Part shown: piece by piece, positions 1-12,249 of the stretch
Layout of the letters: the number at the start of each line of letters is the position of its first letter
How positions within the stretch are numbered: the stretch's first letter is position 1
From: Cyanophora paradoxa CCMP329
Taxonomy: Eukaryota > Plantae > Glaucophyta
NCBI GenBank assembly: GCA_004431415.1
Contig: QPMI01000161.1
Span: 62,001-126,000, forward strand
DNA: 64,000 nucleotides
Reading direction: 5' to 3'
Position numbers and translations under genes: made by a program
Notes under the pieces: model-generated
The model's input: the letters and a program-made list of their open reading frames with translations, nothing else
Databases searched by the model: none
What the model was told of the DNA's origin: nothing

Positions 1-13
1 GCCCTACTTGAAA

Positions 14-1700
14 TCAAAATAATGCTAGCGCTAATTTCCTCTGTCGCGCCCACCTCGTCACCAGTGCGCCCTGTGGGGAAGAGCGGCGGTCATGCAAGGT
101 CGGCGGGCTGGGAGCGGAGGGAGAGGACCGCATGGAGGACTTGGAGATGGGCGAGAAGGCGGCGCCGCCCTGGTAGAGCCCCTGGCCCAGCGCCGACACG
201 AAGCCGGCCATCTCGTCCAGCGCCCGCTCCGCCTCGGGGCACAGCGGCACGAAGATCGGGAAGATGTGCCACATCTCCCGCCACACCTGCGTGCGCTCCG
301 CTCAGAGGTTCGAGCGAGGCGTGCAGTCAGGCGGCGCGGGAGCTCGAGGAAGGCGCACGCGGGTGTCGCAGAAGACGCCGGCCTCGCGGGCGCGCTGGGC
401 CAGCTGCAGGGCGTCGTCCACGTACACCTGCAGGCAGACGGGCTCGCGGGCCTGGGGCGGCGGGAGAGATGGGTAGGGCGCACGTCGTCGGAGCCGACGA
501 CGACCATGAGCGGGGCGAGGCCGTCCAGCGGGCGGCTCGCCGCCGGCATCGTCTCGGGGACGAGCTCCTCGCCCCGCGGCGGCAGGCACTGCAGGACCAG
601 CTCCCGCGTCGACCCTGCTTCCCGCGGACGGCCCCGCGGCCCCGGTCAGCCCGGGCTCAGATCAGATCAGCCTGATCTAGTCCGGGCGCACGGATGTGGA
701 CGACGCAGTCATCGATGTCCTTCACGTCGTTGCTGCTCGGGCTGCACTGCGAGCGACAAAGGGGCGCCCCGGCCCGCCCCTCAGCTTCCCCTCGCAGCTG
801 CGCTCCCGGATCCCGGACCCCCGCCTACCATGCGGAAATCGACGACGGGGCTGATCATGACGGCGCCGAGGGGCTGACCCCGGCCCTCGTCCCGCAGCTG
901 CACCATCAGGTGCGCCGCGAGGCCCGCCCCCGCGCTGAGGCGAGGGTGAGCGGGGCCGAGGCGAACTCGCGGATGAAGCCCGAGATCTGATCCGAGGCAC
1001 CTGTCCCCCATGAGGACGATGCGGGCGGGCGGGACGCGGTGCATCTCCGTGAGCCACGAGAACGCGTTCAACGCCTCCTCCAGCTGCCCGGGCCTGCCCG
1101 AGCCCGGCCCAGGCCCCAGACCCTCGGCGCCTTGGCCGTGTGCGCAAGCCGCGCGCGGGGGCGCACCAGCGCAGCTCGGGGGCGAGCGTGTATTCGAGGG
1201 CGAAGACGCGCCCCCGTATGCGCTTCGCGAGCTCGTACAGGAAGTAGCGGTAGTGCGCGGTGGATCCCGCCATGAGGCCGCCCCCGTGCTGCACAGGGCG
1301 TCACGCGCGCGCTTCACGTCGGCGGGGCGAGCATGCGCAGGGGCGAGAAAATCGAGAGCAGGAGAACTCACGAGGAATAGGACGACCTTCCCATCGTCTT
1401 CGCCGTCTGTGCGCTGCACCCAGAGCCCGGAGATGCGCGCCCCGCGATGGCTCGCCTCCACAGGCTGAAACCAGTCGTTCGGCGGCGTAGGAGCCATCAG
1501 CGCTGTCAGGTCATACCGCTTGCGCAAGTCCGCGATCTGCGCGCCGGAGTCGGCTCGCAAACTCGCCGTTGGCATGCGCATCGAGCTCGAGCTCGCCGTT
1601 CGCGCGCACCGTCCAGTTCGGCGCCTTCGCGCGGAAAAGGAGCCACTTGAGCGCCTTTGCCTTCGGCGTTAGCTCGTCCTGCGCGGAATCCTTTGCGTGT
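14..1700 (-). CDS. Alpha/beta hydrolase, HSL/GDXG family esterase (multi-exon; 5' end uncertain)
   Basis: Exon fragments give HGGG oxyanion motif (HGGGLMAGS), EYTLAPE, GD|SAGAGLA nucleophile elbow split by an intron, and C-terminal MWHIFP with the catalytic His. Confidence 0.8.
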
Positions 1701-2199
1701 GGCGGGCACTTCGTTACTACTAAACGGCGGACCTTTCGTAACCGGCAACCCTGAAGCGCGTACGGGACGTCGTAGACCAGCGACACGAGGCTGCACGAAG
1801 CGCTCAGCAGCACGGCAGAGCCCAGATCTTCATGTACGATTGAAACGAGTCTAGCAGTGCCGAGCGAGGCGCGGCGCACCCGATTGCAGCTCTCGAAATA
1901 TACGAGGTCATCTGCCCCTGAGAGATCCACGAGTCCGAGCGAGTTGAAGTCCGCCGGGTCCGCCAGTCCGATGAGTCACTAGGGGTATCACTTTCTTCGA
2001 CAAGTTCTCGGCGACCATACGTATACGTGAACCGTGAAAGACTACAGCTTGCAATGGTGGAGCGCGAGTCGCTCACGCTGCGGGCCTTTGAGGCCAGCCG
2101 GCTCGCGTCTGCAGGTGCGCCCAGCCCAGTCATTCCGGCCAGGCGCGTGACGAAGCAACAGATCCGCGAAAGAGCAGGCTACTTCTGATATGCGGGATC

Positions 2200-3458
2200 G
2201 ATGGCGGGTCCAGGTGTGCTTGGCTATTCGAAAAAATTCTTGAAACGCGCCTGAGGCCCGTCACCTGCAGCTGCGTCGTGCCTTCGCGGTCTAGCGCGGC
2301 AGCCGATACAACCTTCGACGCATCCATTTTCCTAGCAGGACCGCCGGCTAGCAGCGACCGGAGGCCCCAACCGCACGTCCTCACGGCTCGCGTGTGCGAC
2401 TTGAATGGCAAGGTGCCGCAGTGCCCCAAGTCTCCCGGCGCTTCCTACACGCCCCAGCCCCGCGCTGATCGGCGCCCTCGGGCGCAGGAGTGCGGCGCCG
2501 CGCGGCTTGACTTGAGCGCCCTCTTGAACGCCAGCAGCCCAGCGAGCAGGTGCTGCCACCGCTACTACATCCTGAAGACCGCGAACGGCACGCCGGCGGG
2601 GCAGCTCCGCCTCGCCATCTCTGCCGGCGGCGCGCCAAGTGCGCAGGCGGCGGCGGGAGGTCAGCCCGGCGCGACTGACGCGCCGCGCCAGGGCGGGTGC
2701 ACGTGCCGGGGGAGCCCTCGGCGGAGGACGCGCTCACGGCGGGGTTCGACGCGGAGGCCGCGGCGCGCCGCACCCCGCTCGCCCCCCCCCCCATAACATG
2801 TACCCAGGCGCTGGAGCCGGAGGCGGACAGCGAGCCGGAGGCGGGCGCGGAGGGGGCGGTTGTGGAGGAGGAGGGGGCCGAGCCGGAGCCGCCGGCCCTC
2901 GGCCGCTCCGCCTCCGTGAGGAGCCCCGTCGAGGCGCTCTCGTTGAAGAAGGACGGTACCCCCCCGCGGGGCGACCCCGGGCCGGAGGAGGCGGCGGGGG
3001 CGGCGCTGGACGCCCGCCCGCTGCTCGTCCACTGCGACTCGTTCGCGGCGATGCTCGCCCGGAAGCCCCGGGCGGCCGTACCCTTCCCCCAGTTCGCCGC
3101 CCCGGCGCCGGACGCGCAGGAGGGCCCCGCCGCGCCGCCCCCGGCCGCGGTGGAAGTGGAGGAGGAGGAAGGGGAGGGACTTCTGGAGCCCGGCGAGAGC
3201 ATCGGGGCCGGCACCTCGAGCCGCTCCCTTGGCCGCTCCTCCGCCGGGGGGAGCGCCCCGGGGGGGGATGGGGCGGACGACGGGGAGGTGCCCCCCGCAC
3301 AGCACGGCGGCGACGGCTGCGGGCCCCGCCGCGGCTCTGCGGGCCACCGCCCCGCGGGGGCCGCCCCCTCGCCCCCGCCCCTCGAGGAGGACTCGCGGCA
3401 CGGCCACTCCCCCCCGCACGTCCCTGTACCCCAGTTCCAGGCCGTCCTCGACGACTAG
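2200..3458 (+). CDS. Hypothetical protein, possible C2-like N-terminus plus acidic low-complexity tail (multi-exon)
   Basis: Fragments ECGAARLDLSALL and YYILKTANGTPAGQLRLAI resemble C2-type beta strands; acidic exon 2697-3458. Confidence 0.3.
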
Positions 3459-3554
3459 GCACCCCCCCGATGTCCTGACTGTTTTCAAGCGGCTCGCCAG
3501 TTGTACAGTTCAATTGCATTTCAGTACAAATCCGCTGCAGCGCCGGGCTCATGG

Positions 3555-4650
3555 CTAGAGGAGGGACTGGTTCTGGAAGCTGCCGCGGTAGGTCGCCTCG
3601 CCCGCCATCCGCATGAACACGAACTGGCAGATCTTCGTGCCGGGGTACAGCGCGATCGTGTTCGGCGAGGAGTTGAAGATCTCCAGCACCTGGCGGTTGT
3701 TGATCCCCTGCGGCCGCCCCGCCCGGAGCGCGAACGTCAGCCCAAGCCCCGATCGGGGCGCGAAGAGAGAGGCGCCGGTGGGGCCTCGCACCGGGTTCAC
3801 TTGAAGGTGGGAGAGCGAGGGCGCGGGCGAGTCAAGGTCAGGAGGGAAGGTCATGGGCAAGGACGTGAGTGTAGAGGGCTGCGCGGGGGGGCGCACTGAA
3901 GCCGGCGGTGATGTGAACGAAGATGCCGAGGCGGGCGAAGCGGCTGCGGCCCTCCAGGAGCCCCTGGACGGCCGCCGGCATTCAAAGATGGGCTGGGCTA
4001 GGGCTAGGGCGGGGCGGACGCAGAGGCGCGGGGAGAGGTGGACGATCTCCTCGGTCATGCCGAGGCAGACCTCGCCGGGGGCGAGGTAGAAGGGCTCTGC
4101 ACCCCCCGCCCCTCAGCACAGCGCGAGGGGGCGACGCAGCTCGTGTCAGCGATACCCGGCCGCACCTCCGTCCTTCAGGCTAACGAGGTCTACGCGTACG
4201 CCAACGCGGGCGCGAGCGAATCAGCCGGCGCCGCGGGCGGCGGGCGAGGGGACGCCGGCACCGGTGATATCCTTGTAGCTCTCACTCTCTGTGGACGAGT
4301 CGACTTTAACGAGTGGAATTCCGCGTTTAAAAGCCCGAAATTCGGAACTTAGATCAGGTCAGGTCAGGCAGGGGCGCGGCAGAGTCGCGGCGGGGGCGCG
4401 GCGGGGGCCGGCGGGTGTGCGCGGACCTGAGGGTGAGATCGATCGACGCCGGGCCCACCTGGCTCGGATCGAAGTTCGGCAGGATCTTAATCTCGCCCTC
4501 CTCAATCGCTTTCAGAATCTGCGCCGCGCACGGCCGGGCCCCAGTCTTGATTATCGCGCGCGCACGGCCTGCATGCACGCTGGCGCGCGCGGCGGCTCTG
4601 CGTACCTCAAACTGACTCAGAATAGCTCCCGACAGGACTGAGTGAGATGG
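3555..4650 (-). CDS. dcd: dCTP deaminase (prokaryote-type, intron-containing; start uncertain)
   Basis: Spliced exons give ILKAIEEGEIKILPNFDPSQVGPASIDLTL, LAPGEVCLGMTEE, GLLEGRSRFARLGIFVHITAGF-MNP-GINNRQVLEIFN and IALYPGTKICQFVF, matching the Dcd motifs (PASIDL, GRSxxARLG, AGxxxPG, LEI, ICQ). Confidence 0.85.
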
Positions 4651-5465
4651 AACACCCGGAGCTGCGGGTTGACACCCTTAGCTAGAAGCCTAGAAGTTTT
4701 GACGTCGTTGTCGAACCAGGGTCCACGGACGCGCGCGCCTCGAAGCGGATGCGCCCTTCGACGTCATCTCTCCTTTCGAACCGCACCGGGGCGCCGTAGA
4801 AAGCAGCGCGGGATATCCGCCGTGACGGTTTGGGTGATGGCAGCTGGGAGCTGGTACAGCTTCCAAATATCACTCCCAAGCGAGCCCGCGCCGCCGCCGT
4901 GGCCGGCAAGCCCGTCGAGAAGCACTGCATTTGCGATTGCGTACCCGCCTGGTCCCGATCGCATACCCGCCCCCTAACAAGAAAAATTGGCTTCCGCGCG
5001 GGCCAGCCCGAGTTCGGCGCAGCTTATTTCTGCTTATGCAAGAAAGTCCGCCTGCGGGCGAATCGCGGCCGGGCCGCTATACTTTGCCCAGGTCGAAGTC
5101 TTGGTCAGCCTCGCCTCGCATCCGGTTTTCATCGCCCGAGAAAGGAGGCCTGGTGGATGTGACCCAGAGCACCGGGGCCTCGAAGTCCCGAACCCGCCTT
5201 GAGCAAGCACTGGACCCTGACCTCCCGCAAGGCTTTGAAAAGGTTCTTTCAGCCTTGCGATCTAGAAAATCGCCATCCGCCGAGCTGCCGGGTCCGCTCT
5301 GACTGAACCGGCCGCTTGGCGCGCGATTGAATTCGCAGCTGATCTGGCTCCAGCGGGCAAGGGCAAAGGAGCTCGTGCGCGTTTCGCGGCTTTTGCGCTG
5401 TCCGATCTGAACGCGTACCGCCCCGCAGCTTGAGCGGCGGCCCGTGGATCGGGCGAGCGGCGCCA

Positions 5466-7438
5466 TGTCCGGCTCCGACTACCGGCAGGCGCTCCTGTCG
5501 AGCACGCTGCGTAGCTACCACGACTTCTCGCGCGCCGTGCGGCGGGAGCGGGAGGCGGAGGCGGTGGGGACGGCGAGCTCCGACGAGGCGTACCTCACGC
5601 GCCGCTTCCGGGACCTGGAGGACGAGATCGCGTCGTCGGCGCGGCCGGCCTCGCCCAGCCGCGCCCGCCGCGCCGCCCTCTTCGATGACCGCCCGGCGCT
5701 CTCCGGCCGCCTGAAGTACTCGCCGGTCAAGGCGCCCCTCTCGGCGCCCCCGCGGACGTCGCTCTCGCGCACGTCGGCGCGGCGGATGATGGACGAGCTC
5801 ACGGTCGAGACGCGCATCGCCGAGCTCCACGAGGAGCTCCTCCAGTGGCGCGCCCGCGTCCACGACCTCCAGGTGCCCCGCGCCGCCCGCCCGCCGCCCC
5901 CGCCGCCCCCGCCGGCCCCACCCGTGTTCATTTCGCTCGCAGCTCCTGCTGTCGCGGCACGACCCGCTGCCGACTTACGAGGCCCGGCCGGCCTCGGTCG
6001 CCTCGGGCGGCGGCTGGCCCCTCTGGCCATCCCTCCACGCCTCCCTCACCCGGCCCCTCGGCGCCCCCGCCCCCGCCCCGTACCCCCTCTCCGCCTCCTA
6101 CTCCTCGCCCACCAGCCCCTCCGCCACCGCCTTTCCCACCGCGTACGCGTACCCCGCTGCGCCGCGGCCGGTCCTATACGCCCCCGCTCCGTCCCCCGTG
6201 GGGGTGGGCCCGTCCCTCTCGTACCCCATGACGGTCCCGATGGCCGTACCCGCGGCCCCCTCCTACGTGTCCTACGCGATGCCGGGCAGCCCGCACGCCG
6301 TCTATGCCGCGCCCGCCCCGGCGCCGGCCGCCGGCCCGGCCCCGACCCCCGTCTACTACGCGGCCGCCCCCGGCCCGTCCCTCTCGTTCGCAGCGGCCAG
6401 CCCCTACGTCTCCACAGCGGCGGCGGCGGCGCCGAGGGGCCCGTCGCTTGCCCCGGCGGACGGCTCCCCGCTGCAGGCGAGCTTCGCGGGGGCGTACTCG
6501 CCCGGCCCGACGCTCTCGCCGTCCTTCGGCGCGCCGGCCTGCGCCGCCGGGGCCGCCGGCACGGGCTTCGCCGCGCGCCACGCCGACTCTCTCCTCCGCT
6601 CGAGCTTCGCCTCGGGGCGGCCGGCGTGGTCCCCGTCCCCCGCCGCCCCCGCGGGGGCCCTGCCGCCTCCCTGCGCCTCGACCCGCCCACGGCGGCCGCC
6701 AGCCCGCGGCGGAGGCGCGCCCCGGCACGGCGGAGCGCCCCGCGACGGCCGAGCTCTTCACCCGCTCCCGCTCGGCGCGGGCCAGGGCGCCGCCTCGGGC
6801 CCGCCTCCTCTGGGGCGGCCTCGCTCTCGGCGCCGCCCCCGCTGCACCCGCCGCCCCTGCAGCGGCCCGACACCGCCGGCTCCGCCAGCGTGCTGCTCAG
6901 CCCCTCTGCCGGGGCCGACCCCTTCGGAAGCAGCGCGGCCGCCGGCGGGCCGCGGGCGCGGGGCGAGCTGGCTCCCCTCTCCTTCTCGGCCTCTGGGAGC
7001 GACGCCTCCTGGGCCCGCTCTTCGCTCTCCGCCATCCGCACCCCGGGCAGCGTGCTCCCCCGGACACCTGGGGCCCCGGCGGCGTGCGGACGCGCCCCCG
7101 CCCCGCTTCTCGAGGGGGCGGGTAACGGGCGCCCCGCGCAGCTGCACGGGAGCCGCTACGGGGGGGCGTGGCGATCGCGGAGGAGGAGGCCGGGGGCGCC
7201 GAGGCCGAGGGCGGGCGCAGGCGACGGCGGCGGCGCACGCGGCGGCCGCGGCGGCGGCCGCGTCGCCGACGGGGCGGGCGGGGACGGCGGGGCGGCGTGG
7301 GACGAGGAGGAGGAGGAGCGGGAGCTGGACGCGCAGCGGGAGGCGCTGAAGCGGAGCGACGAGGACATCCACCGCCTCCTCGACCGCATGGCCGCCGCCA
7401 TGGTCCGCCCGCCCCCCGGCCCCCTCTCCCCGACATGA
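5466..7438 (+). CDS. Hypothetical Pro/Ala-rich coiled-coil protein
   Basis: Coding-like N-terminal exon (MSGSDYRQALL...ELHEELLQW) and C-terminal exon (WDEEEEERELDAQREALKR); no family recognised. Confidence 0.45.
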
Positions 7439-7890
7439 CCCACCCCCCTGCACTCTGGCGTGAGCTCAGCTGAGATAAGACAAGATATGATAAACTCGAT
7501 TAACCAAGTCTTATGGTCCGCATAAGTGAGCTTAGCCAATCCCTCTAGCGCATCAATCTCTTCCTCGGTTGTCCAAGCTCCTCGCCCCTCTTCTGGATAG
7601 ACCAAGCCGAGGCTTGACCGACCGAGTTTTTACTCTTTTGCCTCTCGCAGTCGGAGAGCGAGGACGGGCATGTCAGGAGCCGCGGTGCCGGCGCAGCCCA
7701 GCGCGAGGTGGCGGCGGCGGGGCCCGCCCCGGCCCCGCCCCCGCCCCCGCCGCCGGGGCCGCCCCCGCAGAGCGCCTTCAGCGTGCCCCTCTCGCCCCCC
7801 GCCGAGTCCTAGGCCTTCACTTTCTCGCGCCGTGCTGTCTGTACTTACATACAATCTGCCAAAGTCTCCCACCGCCAACCCCTTGTCGCC

Positions 7891-8694
7891 TCATCGTTTG
7901 GGCAAGTCGAGATACGCTCGCAGCTCTGCGGCGTGGCGAGGCGCGGCGAGTTGGCTCGTGGCAGCGGCCGCGGGGCGATGCCGGCGGCGGCATCGAAACG
8001 GGGCCCCGTGCGCACCCTTGATCTTGTCGCCCTCCCAGAAAATGACGTCGGTGCCGGCGAGGCGGTCGCCGTTGATCTCCAACACGAACTCGATGACGCT
8101 GACGGGGCGCAGCTGCTGTGTCGCGTCCACGAAGATGTTGCGCGCCCTGAACGAGAGCCTCTGCGTGGCCGTCGCGAAGATGCCCTGCGCACGAAGCCGC
8201 GCGTGAGGGGGAGGCGCGCCCCCGCGCCCGGCCCTCTATGATCGTGAGGCGCGGCGCTCGGACTATTCGAACCAGGACGGCCTCGGAGACGGCCTGCTTG
8301 CCCTCCTTGTGCATGGCCGGGTCGGTGAGAACGATGTCGTCGGTGAGCATCGCTTTGACTGCGCATGCGGGGCGCGTTGAGCGCTAGCTGTGGCGGCGCC
8401 GGGCGCGCCACGCACTCGCGTCGATGTCCTTTGCGTCGAATGCAGCGATGTAAGCCTCGGTCCGCGCACGGATCTGGGCGACCTCCTGTGCTGTGAGCAT
8501 CTTGCGGGCCACCAGCGCCTGCGAGAATCTAGCTGGGGGCAGCGGCGGATGAGCGCCGGTCACGCTTAGCGGGTGGGCGGAGTCGCGGACCGGTTGAAGG
8601 TGCGCTGGTACAGGATGATGCCGCCGAACACGCAGGCGATGAAGATGACCCAACGCGGCCCGAGGGTCGTGCCGGCGAGGTTGTTGGCTGGCAT
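7891..8694 (-). CDS. SnoaL/NTF2-like protein with N-terminal hydrophobic anchor (multi-exon)
   Basis: YIAAFDAKDIDA...MLTDDIVLTDP...EGKQAV...GTDVIFWEGDKIK|ELRAY follows the SnoaL-like pattern; WVIFIACVFGGIILY is a TM-like segment. Confidence 0.7.
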
Positions 8695-8918
8695 GCAGGG
8701 GTGAGGCTGCGAGGACAGCAGCAAGGTGAGGCTGCACGTATAGGAAGCGCTGCTGATTAGGCGAGGCTGCGAGGACAGTAACGAGGTCAGAACCGGGGTA
8801 CGTGTACGCAGGTTCTTGTTCACCGCGAGAGCTACGGCGCTGCTGATCGAACGTACGTCACGCTCCTTAGCGCCTAGACGGGCGTCAGGTGCCATCGCCT
8901 CAGCTTGCCGCGCCCGCG

Positions 8919-11687
8919 ATGGAGGGCGGCAGACGAGGGAGCGAAGACGATGACGGCCGCGGGCCGAATAAGCGCCCGCGTCTTGTCGTGGAGTCCCCGC
9001 CAGCGGGGCGGTGTTCATCGGATGTAAGCTTCGAGCTCTGTGACCGAGGCGCAGCAGAGCCTTCGAACCAGGCGACTCCAGTTGCGATTGCCACGGTCGA
9101 CCTCACGTGCACGCACTCTCAAGATATCGTCGACATCTCCCAAAGCGAGCAGCAGCACCAGCAGCCAGCTGCTGCAGCTGCAGCAGCGCCCGCCGCCCAG
9201 CAGCTGGATTCGGCGGCCGCGCCGCCGCCGCCTCGCATGGGCCGCACTATGCAGCTGATGGTCGAGTCGCACGTCGAGTCCGGCCGCCCTCCGCGCCCCT
9301 CACTTGCAGGCAGCGTCGTGCGCCTGAGCGCGGAGGGACGGTGGCCGACCTGATGGCCGCGGGCCGCGGAGGGGCTCCCGTCCTCCTCGGCGGGGATGCA
9401 GCGGCTCTGGGGCGGCTCGCGCACGCTCTCCTTCGAGGACTGGGACCTCCCACTCGCCGACGTTGGCATCCGCGGGGGCCACGGGCGCACCCTCCGCCAC
9501 TTGTCCGCTCTCCCCGCCCCCGCCCCCGCCCCCGCCCCCGCCACCGCCCCCGCCCCCGCCTCGGCCCTCTCCGCCGCTGACGCGCCGTTGGAACTGGAAG
9601 CCTGGCGGCGGCGGTGGGGGCGTCGCGTGCGTTGCTGCCCGAGCTGGCCGGGCACCTCGCCGAGGGCGAGCCGGTGCAGCGGGGCCCCGAGCGCGTCCGC
9701 GTTCTCCTGCGGGACCTCGGGCGCTGGACCAGAGCATCCCCAGCCCCGTGCGCACGCACCCCGCCGCCGCCCCGTCCCCGCCGTGGCTGACGCCCCGACC
9801 CGGCCCCGCCCGACCCGCCCGACCCGGCAGGTGCGCAAGATGCTGGTGCGACGCGACATGCCGGGGCCGGCGAGCGCGCGGGCCGCCTCACGAGCGCCTG
9901 CGCCTCCCGCGCGCAGCTGTCGAACAGCCTCGTGCGGGCCCGCTGCTCGGTCCGCCCGACCCCGACTCGACCCCCGACGCCGACCCCGGACTGTCTCGGG
10001 GCGGCGCTGCTCGGCCCGCCCGACCCCGACTCGGCCTCCCCCGCCGCCCGCGCCTACCGCCGCTCCGTCGTCGAGATGACCGTGCGCGCACTCAGAAGCC
10101 CAAGAGGGCTCGGCGCCCGTCCCCTGCACCCCGCCGCCCCACCCCGCCCCCTCCCCCCGGCCCCGCAGGTGGCGTTCCGGGGGGAGGCGGCGCACGGCCC
10201 CGGGGTGCTGCGGGAGTACCCGGCCCTCCTCGCGGCGGCGCTGCTCGACCCCCACGCCGCCCTCTTCCGCCCCCTCGACGACGCCCCCGCCGCCTACTAC
10301 CCCTCCAGGTCCGCTCGCATCCCCCGGGGTACGGGTTCCAATCGCGTGCGCGCTGACGGGCGGACGGCGGCCCCCCCGCAGCGCCGCTTGCGTGCACCCC
10401 TGCCACCTCAAGCGCGCTCCGGCACCCCGCCCGCGGCTCTCCGGCGTGCACCCTTCCCTTCGTTCGCTGACGGCGGCCCGCGCAGCATGTTCCGCCTCTG
10501 CGGCTGGGCGATGGGCGCCGCCGTCGCGACGGGCTCCGTCTTCCCCGTCTACGTCCGTACCCCGCCCCCCGCCTTCCCCGTATCCCCGCCCACTTCTCCC
10601 CCCCTCCAGTTCCCGGAGTGCGTCTACGGGTACCTGCTGGGGCGGGCGCCGGGCCTCGGGGACCTGGCCTCCGTGGAGCCGGCCATCGCCCGCGCCCTCG
10701 AGCGCCTCCTCCAGCACGCGCGCCCCCTCCCGCCCCTCTCTCCCTCGGCCCAGGAAAGGCCGGGGTGCGAGCGGGGGGCGGGGGCAGGAGGGCGAGGCCG
10801 GCGGGGCCCCCCCCGGGGCCGCCTCGGACCTGGGGATGGTCTTCGCGGTGGACGAGCTCTTCTTCGGGGCGCACCGCACCGTGCCCCTGCGCCCCGGCGG
10901 CGAGGCCGAGCCCGTCACCGACGCCAACAAGGCGAGCCGCCTCCCCTCCCGCCTCCCGCTCTGCGCGGGCCTCGCATGGGACTCGTGGCGCCTCGCCTCA
11001 CGCGCGCCGCGCCGGGGCAGGGGTAGTACGTGAGGCTCGCAGTGGAGTACTACCTCGTCGGGCGCGTCCAGAAGAAGGCCCGTACCCCCTTTCTACCCCC
11101 CCCCCTCCCCCCCGTCCTCCCACGTTTCTCTGACGGCGGCGGCGGGCCGCGGGTACAGCTGGAGGCGCTGCGGGAGGGGCTGCGACGGGTGCTGCCGGCG
11201 GCGGTGGCGGCGGCGGCGCTGCTGCCGGGCGAGCTGCGGGCGATGGTCGAGGGGCGGGCGGAGGTCGACGTTGCGGACTGGCGCCGCCACACGCGCTACG
11301 GCAACGGCCTCTCCGCCGACTCGCAGAAGGCCCGCCCCGCCCCGCTGCCCGAGCCTCGCGTTTCTCTCATCGATGTCCCCGGCCCCGCAGACGGCCTGGT
11401 TCTGGGAGTACGTCGAGGCGCTGCCGGCGGCGGGGCGGGGGCGGCTGCTGGCGTTCGCGATGGGGAGGCTGCGGGCGCCGCCGGGCGGCTTCGCGCACCT
11501 CGTCGCGTCGAGGGGGCGGCTGGAGCCCTTCCAACTGGTACGGGAGGACCGCGAGGAGCCGGGGAGGCTTCCGATCGCCCGCACGTGCTTCAACCAGCTC
11601 GTCCTGCCGCGCTACGCGAGCGCGGGGGCGCTGCGGGCCGCCCCGGACGCCGCCATCGCCGCCGACCACGGCTTCGGCTTCGCGTGA
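8919..11687 (+). CDS. HECT-domain E3 ubiquitin ligase (multi-exon)
   Basis: VAFRGEAAHGPGVLREY, LRPGGEAEPVTDANK, VDVADWRRHTRY, WFWEYV, LPIARTCFNQLVLPRY (catalytic Cys) and terminal GFGFA. Confidence 0.9.
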
Positions 11688-12249
11688 CCCTCGCGGGGCA
11701 CCGGGCGCGCTTCCCGACGCAGCTCCAGAGATACAGGTCTACAGGCGGCCGCCGCTGAAATCAAGGCTTCCTAGGTGAATCACTGAGTCTTTTGCCGCAA
11801 TGCTGCAGTGCTGGGAAGCATGGGATGCCGTATCTAAGTAATGTATGTGCTGCTGGTTCGTGCAAGATGTGATATTACTTTACTGATACAATGATACTTC
11901 TCACGCCGCTGAGCTTCTCAGAGTCTTGAAGCCCTACTAGGCTATATAGCTAGCCAGGAGCAGACTAGTTCTACAGCTACTAGCTACAGGCTACCACATA
12001 CTACACTTGACCTGCCTCCTGGTCCAAAAAATCCCATTGAAAACTGCGGACACATGCCAAAACAAGATCCAGAAGAGCAAATTAAAGCTTGCGAAGAGCA
12101 CTGCACATCAAACGAATAGTCCGGCCGTTCGAGAACGCCCAATAGAGAAAAATAGGGAGTCCAGCTGTCGATAGGAAACGACAAGAAAAGGTGGCAGGAG
12201 TGGCCGGACATGCGCCGGCGACTCGGGCAAGGAGCGAGCGAGCGGGGGA

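Noticed and set aside
7450-7605. Lower-GC patch reading GRGAWTTEEE on the minus strand (Myb-like)
   Set aside because: Too short, the remaining Myb tryptophan spacing is unconvincing, and it lies between convergent gene ends.
8703-8790. Imperfect direct repeat GAGGCTGCGAGGACAG with 60-bp period
   Set aside because: Only two copies in a 5' region; no supportable function.
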